64,000 nucleotides of DNA, taken from the NCBI GenBank assembly GCA_045862955.1, contig BTVI01000017.1, forward strand, positions 10,558 through 74,557. Direction: 5' to 3'. The position numbers and the translations under genes were made by a program. How positions within the stretch are numbered: the stretch's first letter is position 1; each line of letters starts with the position of its first letter. Under the pieces are notes generated by a model, which was not told the origin of the DNA, searched no databases, and worked only from the letters and a program-made list of their open reading frames with translations. This document shows positions 42,434-52,931 of this stretch, piece by piece. Source of the stretch: Fimbriimonadales bacterium. GTDB taxonomy: Bacteria; Armatimonadota; Fimbriimonadia; Fimbriimonadales; JABRVX01.

Positions 42434-44368
42434 CTACCCCCCTTTGGGCATCCGCAGCAGGATTCGTCCCTCGGTTGCCTTTCGCCAGGCTTTCGTCGCC
42501 TCCAGGACCTTGTCCAGGTCGGATGCGGGAAGCCTGGCCTTGACGTACTCGGTGCGGTCTTTGATGCGGATCCACTCTCCGTCGGTGACGACGGTGCGCA
42601 CGAATCGAACCCCGGGTCCGCTGATGTCGAGCGGTTTGAGGCACTCGACGACTTCCCAACCAGGTGGTACTCTGACTTCGGAGTCGCGCTCTTCGGGGTC
42701 GTCTGCCTCGAACGCAAAGGGATAGTCGCGCTTGCCGTTCTTGCCGACGTACTCTTCCATGTCGAGCTCGGTGTCCTCGGCTTCTGTAGACAGGGCGTCG
42801 ATCAACAGCATGTCGCCCACGCGCGTCCCCACCTTAGACGCCTTGCCCTTTACCACCACCTCGGACATTGCACCGAGCTTTCCAGGGTCGGAGACCTCGA
42901 CTTCGACGCTCTTGACCGTGGGAAACACCGACTCCAGCAGGTGCTTGAGCATCTGGTCGAAGTTCTTGCGCCCGTCCTGCACCTTCGGGTCTTCGATCTG
43001 CCTCAGGATTCCGGGCGGCGCCTGGAACCGAACCATTACGTTCGCAGAGCCGTCGTCTTGGATATCTAAGCTGAGCAGGCGTGCGGGGCACTCGGGCTCG
43101 AACGAGTTCCGCTTAGGCGCGACGACGACCGAACCGCCGTTCGCCCCTAGCACGAGCGCTTGGACGCCGCGAACGGATTCCGGCACGAGGCCGAAAAGCG
43201 ACTTACCGGCAGCGGGGTCCAGCCACGTGTCCTCGCCCTCGATTGACGCCAGCACTACCACGTGGTCGAACCAGTGAATGTCGGGAAGCCGCCCTTCGAA
43301 CGGTCTGTCTTCGTAGCTGGCCACCAAGGCGAGCCGGGATGGGATGCCGTGCTCCTGCAGGGCGGCAACCAGGAACGTGCTCTGGTCTTTGCAGTCGCCG
43401 TAGCGACGTGTGAACGTCTCGTCGGGAGGAGCAGGTTTGTGCGTTCCGTCTCCTAGAGCCGTAGCTACGTACCGTAGGTGCTCGGTGACCCAATCCCAGA
43501 TGCGTTCGGCCTTCGCGCGCACGCCGGTTGCATCACCTACCGCACTGGCGATCGTCTCTTTAGCGGCATCGCCGAGCGTCAGCATTGGCGACGTGAGATC
43601 CCAGTACCACTTTCCGATGTCCGACCATGCCTGGGTGGTGGAGTACTCCGTGAAAGGATACATTTCGTCGTTAGGAGGCATGTAGTTCTCATCTTCCTGC
43701 TCTTCGAGGCGAGAGAGGCGCCACGATCGGCGAATTCGCGAGCCGTGCTCGATGGCCTCGGTGGCCTCCGTCGGCGTGCAGTTCACGTGGCGAACACGCA
43801 GAGGCGCGTCGGCAGGGTGCTCCACCACGAGAACCGATTCCAGTACCGGAGTGCCGCCCCAGTAACCCCACGAACCTGCGAAATGGCCGGGCATGATCTC
43901 TCGTTCATGCTCGATGACGTAGGCATGGTATAGGATGGCACCGACGGAAACTCTGGGGAAGTCGAGGCGGAGGGACGCCCGCCCCTCTTTGACTGCAGAA
44001 CGCTGGACGTCCGATTCTTTCACCTGCACGACCTCGCCATCGGGCAGGATCGTCCTGGCCTCGTAAAACGGCACTTTGGAGTAGTAGCTGTTATACGAGA
44101 TCCACGCCCTCTCCCAGCCCTCGTCTAGCCCGGTGTCCTTGAGGATCTTGACCGCCTGTTGGGTGACCTCATAGGATTTGCCGTTCTTCGACAGCACCAC
44201 GAGCGAGCGGTCGAGCAGCACGACTGTCGGCGCGTCCAGATCGGCTGGGACGGTTCCAGCCATCTGCTTGATCTGCTCGTCCGAAACGAGTTCAGTCCGC
44301 CAGAACTCCGGCTCCTGGCTCACGAGAGAACCGACTGTAGCGTACAAGAGGGAAACAACAAGCAACAT
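42434..44368 (-). CDS. Secreted DUF3857 plus transglutaminase-like protein
   Basis: GDCKD, FDHV and WLDP (intact Cys-His-Asp); AGGAGG RBS before ATG 44368. Confidence 0.85.
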   Translation of the reverse strand: MLLVVSLLYATVGSLVSQEPEFWRTELVSDEQIKQMAGTVPADLDAPTVVLLDRSLVVLSKNGKSYEVTQQAVKILKDTGLDEGWERAWISYNSYYSKVPFYEARTILPDGEVVQVKESDVQRSAVKEGRASLRLDFPRVSVGAILYHAYVIEHEREIMPGHFAGSWGYWGGTPVLESVLVVEHPADAPLRVRHVNCTPTEATEAIEHGSRIRRSWRLSRLEEQEDENYMPPNDEMYPFTEYSTTQAWSDIGKWYWDLTSPMLTLGDAAKETIASAVGDATGVRAKAERIWDWVTEHLRYVATALGDGTHKPAPPDETFTRRYGDCKDQSTFLVAALQEHGIPSRLALVASYEDRPFEGRLPDIHWFDHVVVLASIEGEDTWLDPAAGKSLFGLVPESVRGVQALVLGANGGSVVVAPKRNSFEPECPARLLSLDIQDDGSANVMVRFQAPPGILRQIEDPKVQDGRKNFDQMLKHLLESVFPTVKSVEVEVSDPGKLGAMSEVVVKGKASKVGTRVGDMLLIDALSTEAEDTELDMEEYVGKNGKRDYPFAFEADDPEERDSEVRVPPGWEVVECLKPLDISGPGVRFVRTVVTDGEWIRIKDRTEYVKARLPASDLDKVLEATKAWRKATEGRILLRMPKGG

Positions 44369-44531
44369 ACGTAGCCTCCTACTCCCAGCATCATACCTTG
44401 CAGCCCTGCGCCCTAACGGTTCGAACGCGCGGCTGATTCGTGCGCGCATGCTGCTGGTCGCGGCAAACCGCCGAGTACACTAGGGGTCCCGTCCAGCGGC
44501 GGGCAGCAAGCACTGGGTGGGTGCAGCGAAC

Positions 44532-45674
44532 ATGGAAGCACGTCGAACAGCAGTCGCGATGGCCGCCCTATTGGCCATCTGCCTGGAAGGATGCACATCC
44601 GAGCGCGTGGCGGCGGGAGAGCCGCTCGCATTTCCGGAGAGCACGCAGCACCGCGTCGTGGACACCCGCGTCGCGGGCGAACGGCTCATTGTCCGAACCG
44701 CAATGAAGGAGGTCCCGCACCCGATCTCCGATCCGACCGACCCGAAAACGGTCTATCCCTTCTTGAGTACGGGATACGCTCGACGGGCGGACGCCACGGC
44801 AGGAATGCAAGCCACCCTGCGCTTCGAAGTGTACGCAGAGCACCAAGAAGACCTCTCGTACGCGGACCGCGTGTGCCTGTTCCTGCTGCGGCTGTGGGAC
44901 ATGCTTTCGAGCAGGCTGGACATGGACCACCCGCTGCAATACCGCCGCACCGTGAGCGTGTTCTTGAAGCGAGAAGGGAAGCCGGGTGGCGAGCAGCGGA
45001 TCACGGTGGGCCCCGACGAGACCGGACGGCCCATCAAGAGGAACACCATCCACATCTATGACATCGCCTCTTTGACGGACCCGCTACAGATGTGTCGCGA
45101 GCTGGCACACGAGTACGGGCACGCGGTGCTCCCTGCCATCGGCGGCTTTCGAGAGCCCGAGGAGTGGATCAACGGTCTGATGGGCGAGCGCCTGTTCCTG
45201 CGGTGGTTGCTGGAGGATATGGAGGCCGGACGCATCCCGCCTGCCGAGGCCTTCGACCTGCAGCCCGAGGCGCTGAAAGCGTGGCTCGTGCCGCGGGCCG
45301 ATCGACTCAGCGCGGACGTGCTGGCAAAGGGTTTGGCCGCGACGAGCGACCTGCGGGACGCCGACAAGTTCCTGGGCTTCGTGTTGGCGGTGGAGTCGGT
45401 GTATGGCGGGAAGCTTCTGGGACGAGGCCTGATGCTCGCCAACGGCAATGAGCCGGAGGACGCGCTGCGAGGTATCACCCGGGCTATCAGCGAGCGAGAC
45501 GAGCTGACCCTGAGCGTGCCGAAGGTTGCAGGTGGCAAGCCGTTCTGGGCGCTGCTGCCGGGATCGGATTGGGTGCTGGCCGGTGGCAAGCTGCTCGAAG
45601 CGCGAGAGGGAGGTTGGGTGCGACTCGAGCCGACGGCCGATGGGATCACGGCCAAGCGACCGGCGAAGCCATGA
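44532..45674 (+). CDS. Hypothetical lipoprotein with HExxH motif
   Basis: LEGC lipobox-like; ELAHEYGH. Confidence 0.65.
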   Translation: MEARRTAVAMAALLAICLEGCTSERVAAGEPLAFPESTQHRVVDTRVAGERLIVRTAMKEVPHPISDPTDPKTVYPFLSTGYARRADATAGMQATLRFEVYAEHQEDLSYADRVCLFLLRLWDMLSSRLDMDHPLQYRRTVSVFLKREGKPGGEQRITVGPDETGRPIKRNTIHIYDIASLTDPLQMCRELAHEYGHAVLPAIGGFREPEEWINGLMGERLFLRWLLEDMEAGRIPPAEAFDLQPEALKAWLVPRADRLSADVLAKGLAATSDLRDADKFLGFVLAVESVYGGKLLGRGLMLANGNEPEDALRGITRAISERDELTLSVPKVAGGKPFWALLPGSDWVLAGGKLLEAREGGWVRLEPTADGITAKRPAKP

Positions 45675-46027
45675 CAGTCCGTGGTATCGGCATGGACGTG
45701 ATAGAGGTCGTGCGGATACGCCTGGTCCGGGACGACCTGCCACGATTTGCCGGTAGGATATGCACTGCGAGGGAACTCGCCGCCATCGGCTCCGATCCCT
45801 CGGCCCAATCACTGGCGGGAAGGTTCGCGGCGAAGGAGGCAGTGGCGAAGGCGCTCGGCCGACCACTGCGGTGGCACGACGTCGAAGTGTTGCCGGATGC
45901 ACTGGGAAAACCGGTGGTAGCCCTCAGCGGTTCAGCACGGGAGGTGGTAGGAGGCGGCGAGGTTCTGGTCACCATCACGCACACGCGCACCGTGGCGGCA
46001 GCCACGGCTCTTTGGGTGGAGGAGTGA
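45671..46027 (+). CDS. acpS: Holo-ACP synthase
   Basis: GIGMDVIEV, AGRFAAKEAVAKALG, GKP, VTITH. Confidence 0.93.
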   Translation: MTVRGIGMDVIEVVRIRLVRDDLPRFAGRICTARELAAIGSDPSAQSLAGRFAAKEAVAKALGRPLRWHDVEVLPDALGKPVVALSGSAREVVGGGEVLVTITHTRTVAAATALWVEE

Positions 46028-46109
46028 TCGAGGGCGCAGCATGGATTTTGGTCCGTTAGTCGTGGGTCCGCTATCACTGCCCACGAGGTACACCCTGCGA
46101 GCCGCGCCC

Positions 46110-48500
46110 GCTACCGTCATGCTGAGCTTGCCGAAGCATGGCCCCGAACACCACCCACCACCGTCATGCTGAGCCTGTCGAAGCATGACCCCGAACACCG
46201 CCCACCACCGTCATGCTGAGCTTGCCGAAGCATGACCTCGAACACCACCCACCACCGTCATGCTGAGCCTTTCGAAGCATGACCCCGAACACCGCCCACC
46301 ACCGTCATGCTGAGCTTGCCGAAGCATGACCCCGAACACCACCCACCACCGTCATGCTGAGCCTGTCGAAGCATGACCCCGAACACCGCACGCTATCGAC
46401 TTTGGATACCACCATCGCGACAAGCGCCGTCATGCTTCGACAGGCTCAGCAGGACGGCACTGGGACGCTCCTTGGCCCCACCCTCTCCCTCACCACGGGT
46501 AGCGTCCCCTCCGTCTCCACACGCCGCGGTCAGGGCACGCCGAACCCCACCGCCATGCCGAACCGGAGGACGCCTTGAACGGCGAACCACCGGCCGCGCC
46601 CACCACCGTCATGCTGAGCTTGTCGAAGCATGACCCCGACCACCGCACGCTGCCGGCTTCGGATACCACCATCGCGGCAAGTGCCGTCATGCTTCGACAG
46701 GCTCAGCATGACGGCACTCGGACGCCCCTTTGTCCCACCCTATCCCTCACCACGGGCAGCGTCCCCTCCGTCTCCACACGCCGTGGTCAGGGCACGCCGA
46801 ACCCCACCGCCATGCCGAGCCGGAGGGTGCCTTGAACGGCGAGCCACCGGCCCCGCCCACCACCGTCATGCTGAGCTTGTCGAAGCATGACCCCGAACAC
46901 CGCCCACCACCGTCATGCTGAGCCTGTCGAAGCATGACCCCGAACACCGCACGCTACCGGCTTCGGATACCACCATCGCGGCAAGTGCCGTCAAGCGTCC
47001 ACAAACCGACCCAGACCGCCCCACGGCGCGCCGGTGGGGCCCCCCCAACCCCCCACGCAACCGGCTTCGGACACCCCCCTCGCGGCACGTGCCGTCATGC
47101 TTCGACACGCCCAGCATCACGGCACTCGGACGCTCCTTTGTCCCACCCAATCCCTCACCACGGGTAGTCGGAACGGCACCTCGAACCCTCCATCCCACAC
47201 GGCGTCTGGTGGGCCCTCCCTCTCCACACGCCGTGGTCAGGGCACGTCGAACCCCACCGCCATGCCGAGCCGGAGGGTGCCGTGAACGGCGAACCACCGG
47301 CCGCGCCCACCACCGTCATGCTGAGCTTGCCGAAGCATGACCCCGAACACCGCCCACAACCGTCATGCTGAGCTTGTCGAAGCATGACCCCGAACACCAC
47401 CCACCACCGTCATGCTGAGCTCGTCGAAGCATGACCCCGAACACCGCACGCTACCGGCTTCGGATACCACCATCGCGGCAAGTGCCGTCATGCTTCGACA
47501 GGCTCAGCATGACGGCACTGGGACGCTCCTTGGCCCCACCCTCTCCCTCACCACGCGTAGTGGGGACGGGACGTCGAACCCTCCATCCCACACGCCGTGT
47601 GGTGGGCGATCCCTCTCCACACGCCGTGGTCAGGGCACGCCGAACCCCCGATCCCTCAACGCGGGTAGCGACCTCTCCCTCTCCACATGCAGCGGTGACG
47701 GCACGCCGAACCCCACCGCCATGCCGAGCCGGAGGGTGCCGTGAACGGCGAACCACCGGCCGCACCCACAACCGTCATGCTGAGCCTGTCGAAGCATGAC
47801 CCCGAACACCGCACGCTACCGGCTTCAGATACCACCATCGCGGCAAGTGCCGTCATGCTTCGACAAGCTCAGCATGACGGCACTGGGCCCCTCCTTGGCC
47901 CCACCCTCTCCCTCACCACGCGTAGTAGGAACGGCACGTCGAACCCTCCATCCCACACCGCGTGTGGTGGGCGATCCCTCTCCATGCGCCGTGGTCAGGG
48001 CACGCCGAACCCCCGACCCCTCACCACAGGCAGCGGCCTACCTCTCTCAACGGGTATTGGTGAACGCAGGTCGAACCCCGTCGCCATGCCGAACCGGAGG
48101 ACGCCTTGAACGGCCAACCACCGGCCGCGCCCACCACCGTCATGCTGAGCCTGTCGAAGCATGATCCCGAACACCGCACGCTACCGGCTTCGGATACCAC
48201 CATCGCGACAAGCGCCGTCATGCTTCGACAGGCTCAGCATGACGGCACTGGGCCCCTCCTTGGCCCCACCCTCTCCCTCACCACGGGTTGTGGGGACGGG
48301 ACGTCGAGCCCTCCATCCCACACCGCGTGTGGTGGGCTATCCCTCTCCACACGCGGTGGTCAGCGCACGTCGAATCCCCGATCCCTCACCACAGGTAGCG
48401 GCCTCTCCCTCTCCACACGCAGTGGCGAAGGCACGTCGAACCCCCGATCCCTCACCACGGGTAGGGGCCGTTCCCTCACGGCGCGTAGCCGCCTAGCCTT
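46110..48500. repeat. 2.4-kb hierarchical array of the 27-bp REP-like unit (14 forward, 6 reverse copies)
   Basis: Forward at 46116, 46163, 46210, 46257, 46304, 46351, 46608, 46865, 46912, 47315, 47362, 47409, 47774, 48139; reverse at 46429, 46686, 47094, 47487, 47852, 48217. Confidence 0.95.
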
Positions 48501-48571
48501 CTCAACGGGAAGTAAGCAGGGGACGTCGAATCCCGAGGTGCCGGTGAAATGACGGCAACAGGTGGTGACCC

Positions 48572-49189
48572 ATGAATGCTGAGCGTGCACGTATCGTCCT
48601 AATGGCTTCCGGCGTGTCGCGTGGCAGCAACATGCGAGCGATCATCGCCGCAACGAGGGACGGACGCATCGATGGTGATGTGGTAGGCGCCATCCTCACG
48701 CGTCCCGACTCTCCTGCGGTGGCGATGCTGCAGGAACACGGCGTGCCCGTCACCATCCTGTCCCCAAAGGAACTCGGCGAGCAATACGGGACGAGATTGT
48801 TCGAGACGCTCGCATCCATGCGGCCGGACCTGATATGCCTCGCAGGGTACATGCGGCTCTTGCCAGAGGACGTGGTCCGCGCTTACCCCCGGCGCATCCT
48901 CAACATTCACCCTGCACTGCTGCCGAAATACGGCGGGAAAGGCATGTACGGGGCAAGAGTGCACGAAGCGGTGCTCGCCGCTGGAGAGACCGAGTCGGGT
49001 TGCACGGTGCACTACGTGGACGAGCAGTACGACCACGGCGAGATCCTGCTGCAGACGAAGGTCTCCATTCTGCCCGAAGATACGCCAGAGTCTTTGGCGC
49101 AGCGAATCCTGCCGATGGAGCACGAGACCTACCCGAAAGCCATCGTCCTGGCTCTCGCACGGCTTGACAGGTCCAGCGAGCCTCGGTAG
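48572..49189 (+). CDS. purN: Phosphoribosylglycinamide formyltransferase
   Basis: GSNMRAI, LAGYMRLL, NIHPALLP, GCTVHYVDEQYDHG. Confidence 0.95.
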   Translation: MNAERARIVLMASGVSRGSNMRAIIAATRDGRIDGDVVGAILTRPDSPAVAMLQEHGVPVTILSPKELGEQYGTRLFETLASMRPDLICLAGYMRLLPEDVVRAYPRRILNIHPALLPKYGGKGMYGARVHEAVLAAGETESGCTVHYVDEQYDHGEILLQTKVSILPEDTPESLAQRILPMEHETYPKAIVLALARLDRSSEPR

Positions 49190-49224
49190 ACTGGGCCCAT
49201 CCGGCCCGCGAAGGGGGGAGTGAG

Positions 49225-49443
49225 ATGCGACAAAAGGTTGGAGCCCTACCGGCAGTCCTCGTGGTTCTGGGGGTGTTCCTGTGCGCCGCGGCGGTCTATT
49301 ACTGGCTGGACGAGCGCAGTGTCGCCCCGGCCAACGAGCCTTCCGTGACTTCTGCGATGAGTAAGCTGCAGCAGCTTACTCCCGAGCAGCGCAAAGAGAT
49401 CGGTCGCAAGGCCGAAGAGGCCGCTAAGGGCTATGGGCAGTAG
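49225..49443 (+). CDS. Small single-TM protein coupled to the downstream pseudopilin-like gene
   Basis: GGGGGAG RBS, N-terminal TM, stop overlaps the next start. Confidence 0.6.
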   Translation: MRQKVGALPAVLVVLGVFLCAAAVYYWLDERSVAPANEPSVTSAMSKLQQLTPEQRKEIGRKAEEAAKGYGQ

Positions 49444-50239
49444 GCGGGGCTTCACCCTCATCGAGCTGTTGGTGGTGGTTGCCATCATCACGTTGCTCGC
49501 GGGCATTCTGTTCCCCGTGTTCGCCCGGTCTCGCGAGGGAGCACGGAAGACCACCTGTGTCAGCAACTGTGGCCAGCTCGGCAAGGCAGTCCTGCTGTAC
49601 GCTCCCGACTTCGCCGAGCGCTTCCCGACGGCCGAGTGCCAAGGTGATCAGGGCAACGCACACTTCGTAGACGGAGGTTCGCGCTACGACCACCCCGAGG
49701 ACAAGTGGTGTCTTGCCGATGCCATCGGGAGATACGTGAAGGGCGATGAGGCCTTTCGTTGTCCGACGCTAACTGCGCGCGTGTACCGTGGCACCGCCCA
49801 TGGCATCGCTAGCAAGGCCGTTACCGGACCCGGCTCGGACGCGAAGGCCAACTACGGTGGCTCCTATATGTACTTCTGTGCGCACATGACGGTGTTCAAC
49901 GACACCGCCTCGCCGCTGGCACTGATATGGTGGGCGCTGTACATGGCAGGGCGGGACATCGCACCCTGGATACAGAACGGCGACACTCCCGAGATGTATT
50001 TCGTATGCGGTAACAAGCTTTCGGCGGTGGCCTCTACTGCTACGAAGCCCCTGCTCATGGAGCGGGCCTGGGGTAGCACCCACGAGGGCATTCCGGCGGA
50101 CAAGGCGTTCGAGCTGTTCATTCCACCTGGGACGGCCGTGCTCGGCTTCCCGACGGCGTACGCGGACGGTCACGCCCGCTACGAGAAACTCGACTTCCCG
50201 CGTGCCGTGGCGCTGTGGGGCAGGAGGAATCGCGATTAG
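49433..50239 (+). CDS. Prepilin-type N-terminal methylation / DUF1559-like protein with H...DGH C-terminus
   Basis: GFTLIELLVVVAII..ILFPVF, YADGHA. Confidence 0.88.
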   Translation: MGSRRGFTLIELLVVVAIITLLAGILFPVFARSREGARKTTCVSNCGQLGKAVLLYAPDFAERFPTAECQGDQGNAHFVDGGSRYDHPEDKWCLADAIGRYVKGDEAFRCPTLTARVYRGTAHGIASKAVTGPGSDAKANYGGSYMYFCAHMTVFNDTASPLALIWWALYMAGRDIAPWIQNGDTPEMYFVCGNKLSAVASTATKPLLMERAWGSTHEGIPADKAFELFIPPGTAVLGFPTAYADGHARYEKLDFPRAVALWGRRNRD

Positions 50240-50306
50240 CTCCGCCAAGCCACGCCGCGCTTCGGGAACTGCGAAGCGCCCAGCGGAGTATGCTATATTC
50301 GTAGAA

Positions 50307-50753
50307 GTGAAGCGTTCGGTACGCATTCTCGCACTCGCGTTCCTGTCGCTGGCTGTGGGCTCGGCAAGCGTGCCGAGTCGCATGCCTGCAGCCGAGTGCG
50401 CCAGTCGAGGATGCGAGATGGGCTGCGGCGCCACCACGCACGAGGTGGTAAGGCATGCCTGCTGCAGCGCGCTCGCCGGCTTCGGCGTCCCCGATGCTGA
50501 GCATGCCGCACAACGATGGGCTACCGGTCCCCAGACCGAATGCCGCTGCATGCGCGCCTTGCCAACAGGCGTTCCCGCGATATCCGAGCCGATTCCACTC
50601 CCGACGGCCTGGGCGGACATCGCATCTGCGCCCGCGGCGCCACACATCGCGCCGGTCTTGCGCGTGCCCATCCCCTTCGCTTCGGACTCGTCCCCGCCGT
50701 GTGCGTCCTCCCATCGGCATCCCTCTCTCCGCGCTCCTCCCACCTCCTCCTAG
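50307..50753 (+). CDS. Secreted Cys/His- and Pro-rich leader protein ending in RAPP (DUF2946/CruR-like arrest peptide candidate)
   Basis: Signal-like KRSVRILALAFLSLAVG, CxxxxCxxxC, CC and CxC motifs, C-terminal HPSLRAPPTSS*; start inferred at GTG 50307. Confidence 0.65.
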   Translation: MKRSVRILALAFLSLAVGSASVPSRMPAAECASRGCEMGCGATTHEVVRHACCSALAGFGVPDAEHAAQRWATGPQTECRCMRALPTGVPAISEPIPLPTAWADIASAPAAPHIAPVLRVPIPFASDSSPPCASSHRHPSLRAPPTSS

Positions 50754-50915
50754 GCGAGTCGCGTAGCCCTATGCGGGCTGTGCGCCGCCTGATTTGCGTC
50801 TGCTGAAGCGTTCCCGTCGCCCCGGTGGTGTCGTGCCGCCAGGCGACCTAGCCCCGACGGCCCGTCTGCACTTCAGTGCCGGCCGTCACTCGCAGACCCG
50901 AGTGGAGGTGCGAAC

Positions 50916-52931
50916 ATGAAAGTTGCATTGTCGTCCTTGCGCCGTCAGTGGATCACGCTGCTGCTGCTCGGAATGAGTGTGCTGGCGGTTCGCTGGATTG
51001 TCGGCACGCAGCGTGCGCCCGGCGCGATGACCATCGTAGAAGCCCAGGCAATGGACATGACGGCGATGAAGGCGCCGGCGGGCGTCTTCCCCGTAGCCGT
51101 GGAAGAGGTTTCCCTGCGTGCCGTCGGCGGCGCGTCGGAATACCCCGGCACGGTCTACGCACTGCAGGACGAGCAGGTCGTGTCCCGCGTCGCCGGGCGG
51201 GTTGTAAGGGTCCCCGTGTACCCAGGCGATCGCGTTTCCGCCGGTCAGGTGCTGGCCGTGCTCGAAGCGAACGAGCTCTCCGCCCAAAGCGGTGCTGCCA
51301 GGCAGATGGCGGCCGCGAAGAGCGCGACGGGTGCAGCCGGGAGAGAAATGGTTCGCGATCGGAGCGCGATGCTGGATGCGGCGCGGTCGAGGGTGAGCGC
51401 AGCCACGGCGGCCCTTCATCGTGCCGAGAGTGAGGTCGCGGCGGCCATCGCCGAGCGGGATCGGGCACAGGACGAAGCCCGCATGGCGGATGCCGAGGTG
51501 GATGAGCGCCAGGCAGAGCTCCGCTACGCCGAGCAGGCCCTGGAGCGCGAGCGACGACTGCACAAGTCCGGCGCGGTCTCACTCGACGAGCTCCAGGTGG
51601 CGGAGCGCGAGCGTGACGCTGCGGCAGCCCGACTGCGAACGGCGCAGTCGAAGTCCAAAGCCGCCCGCCAAGGGATCGATGTCTCGGAGCGGCGCGTCAC
51701 TTCGGCGCAGAGAATGGCCGAAGAAGCGGCGGCGATGGCTACGGAAGCCGCCAGCGAGGTGAAGCGGGCCGAGGCGGCGCTTCGTCAGGCCCGCGAGGAG
51801 GCGCAGGCCCTCGGTGCCGAGGCTCGCGCCGCAGGGTCGGATGCAGCCGCGATGGCTACGATGGCGGGGTACCGCACGGTGCGGGCACTTTCTTCCGGCG
51901 TGGTTGCCGAGCGGATCGCCTCACCCGGAAGCGTGGTGATGACGGGCGACCCGCTGCTGCGCCTTATAGTGCTGGATCGGGTCCGCGTCCAGGCGGATCT
52001 GCCGCAATCTCTCAGCCGCGACGTGCGGGAGGGCAGTGGAGTCGAGATCGTGGCCGGTGCGGTGCACAGGCAAGCGAAGATTACTTCGGTCTTCCCAGTG
52101 CTGGATACCCAATCGAGGACCTATCGTGTCGAGGCACTCGTCTCGAACCCCGATCGCGCGCTGATGCCGGGAATGTCGGTCACGCTGCGTGTGGCCACCT
52201 CTCGCGTCGCCGAATCGATCGCCGTGCGCGAAAAGGCGGTGCGCACGGACGCAGAGGGCGGCCACTACGTGTGGATGGCAGTAGAGCGCGCGGACTCGGC
52301 TAAGGCCACGGACTGGACGTGCACCATGCATCCCGAGGTGAGTAGCCCGGGTCCCGGAACTTGCCCCAAGTGCAAGATGGACCTGGTACCTCGCGAGCAG
52401 GGGGGCAAGTACGTTGCCAAGAGACGTTCCATCACCGTCGGGCGCTCCGACGGCGAGTACACGGCGGTGAGATCCGGCCTCGCTGTGGGGGATCGCGTTA
52501 TCTGGGCCGGCCACGAGGACCTGTTCGAGGGAGCACCCGTGCAGCCGACGGAGTGGGCTGGCGACGGACCGGCGCAGCTGCCTGCTGGGGGTGGAGCAGC
52601 GCTCCACGACCATGGAGCCCCTGTTCAGCCTCGACAACGCGATCACTCCATGGATCATAAGGCTCACCAGCCAAAGCCGCCGTCGCCCGCTGCCAAAGAC
52701 GTCTGGACCTGCCCCATGCACCCAGAGGTGAAGAGCGACAAGCCGGGCACCTGCCCGAAGTGCAAGATGGACTTGGTGAAGCAGGCTGTCTCGCCCACAT
52801 CGAAGCCGCCGTCGCCCGCTGCCAAAGACGTCTGGACCTGCCCCATGCACCCAGAGGTGAAGAGCGACAAGCCGGGCACCTGCCCGAAGTGCAAGATGGA
52901 CCTCGAAAAGCAGCCGGGGGCATCCCGATGA
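50916..52931 (+). CDS. RND efflux periplasmic adaptor with three heavy-metal-binding (CPMHP..CPKCKMDL) domains
   Basis: Lipoyl-like halves, coiled coil, LMPGM; WTC(T/P)MHPEV..PGTCPKCKMDL three times. Confidence 0.9.
   Translation: MKVALSSLRRQWITLLLLGMSVLAVRWIVGTQRAPGAMTIVEAQAMDMTAMKAPAGVFPVAVEEVSLRAVGGASEYPGTVYALQDEQVVSRVAGRVVRVPVYPGDRVSAGQVLAVLEANELSAQSGAARQMAAAKSATGAAGREMVRDRSAMLDAARSRVSAATAALHRAESEVAAAIAERDRAQDEARMADAEVDERQAELRYAEQALERERRLHKSGAVSLDELQVAERERDAAAARLRTAQSKSKAARQGIDVSERRVTSAQRMAEEAAAMATEAASEVKRAEAALRQAREEAQALGAEARAAGSDAAAMATMAGYRTVRALSSGVVAERIASPGSVVMTGDPLLRLIVLDRVRVQADLPQSLSRDVREGSGVEIVAGAVHRQAKITSVFPVLDTQSRTYRVEALVSNPDRALMPGMSVTLRVATSRVAESIAVREKAVRTDAEGGHYVWMAVERADSAKATDWTCTMHPEVSSPGPGTCPKCKMDLVPREQGGKYVAKRRSITVGRSDGEYTAVRSGLAVGDRVIWAGHEDLFEGAPVQPTEWAGDGPAQLPAGGGAALHDHGAPVQPRQRDHSMDHKAHQPKPPSPAAKDVWTCPMHPEVKSDKPGTCPKCKMDLVKQAVSPTSKPPSPAAKDVWTCPMHPEVKSDKPGTCPKCKMDLEKQPGASR
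52674..52901 (+). repeat. Two identical 99-bp copies (52674-52772, 52803-52901) encoding metal-binding domains
   Basis: Direct comparison; period 129 bp = 43 codons. Confidence 0.92.

Noticed and set aside
46110..46380. CRISPR array (27-bp palindromic repeat at regular spacing)
   Set aside because: Spacers are only 20 bp and nearly identical, repeats occur in both orientations at many loci, and no cas genes or leader are visible
45932..48590. ORFs containing MLRQAQHD, CFDRLSMT or HAEPVEA, also at 16.4-16.9 kb, 19.6 kb and 63.4-63.9 kb
   Set aside because: They are translations of the repeat in different frames and show no protein-like features
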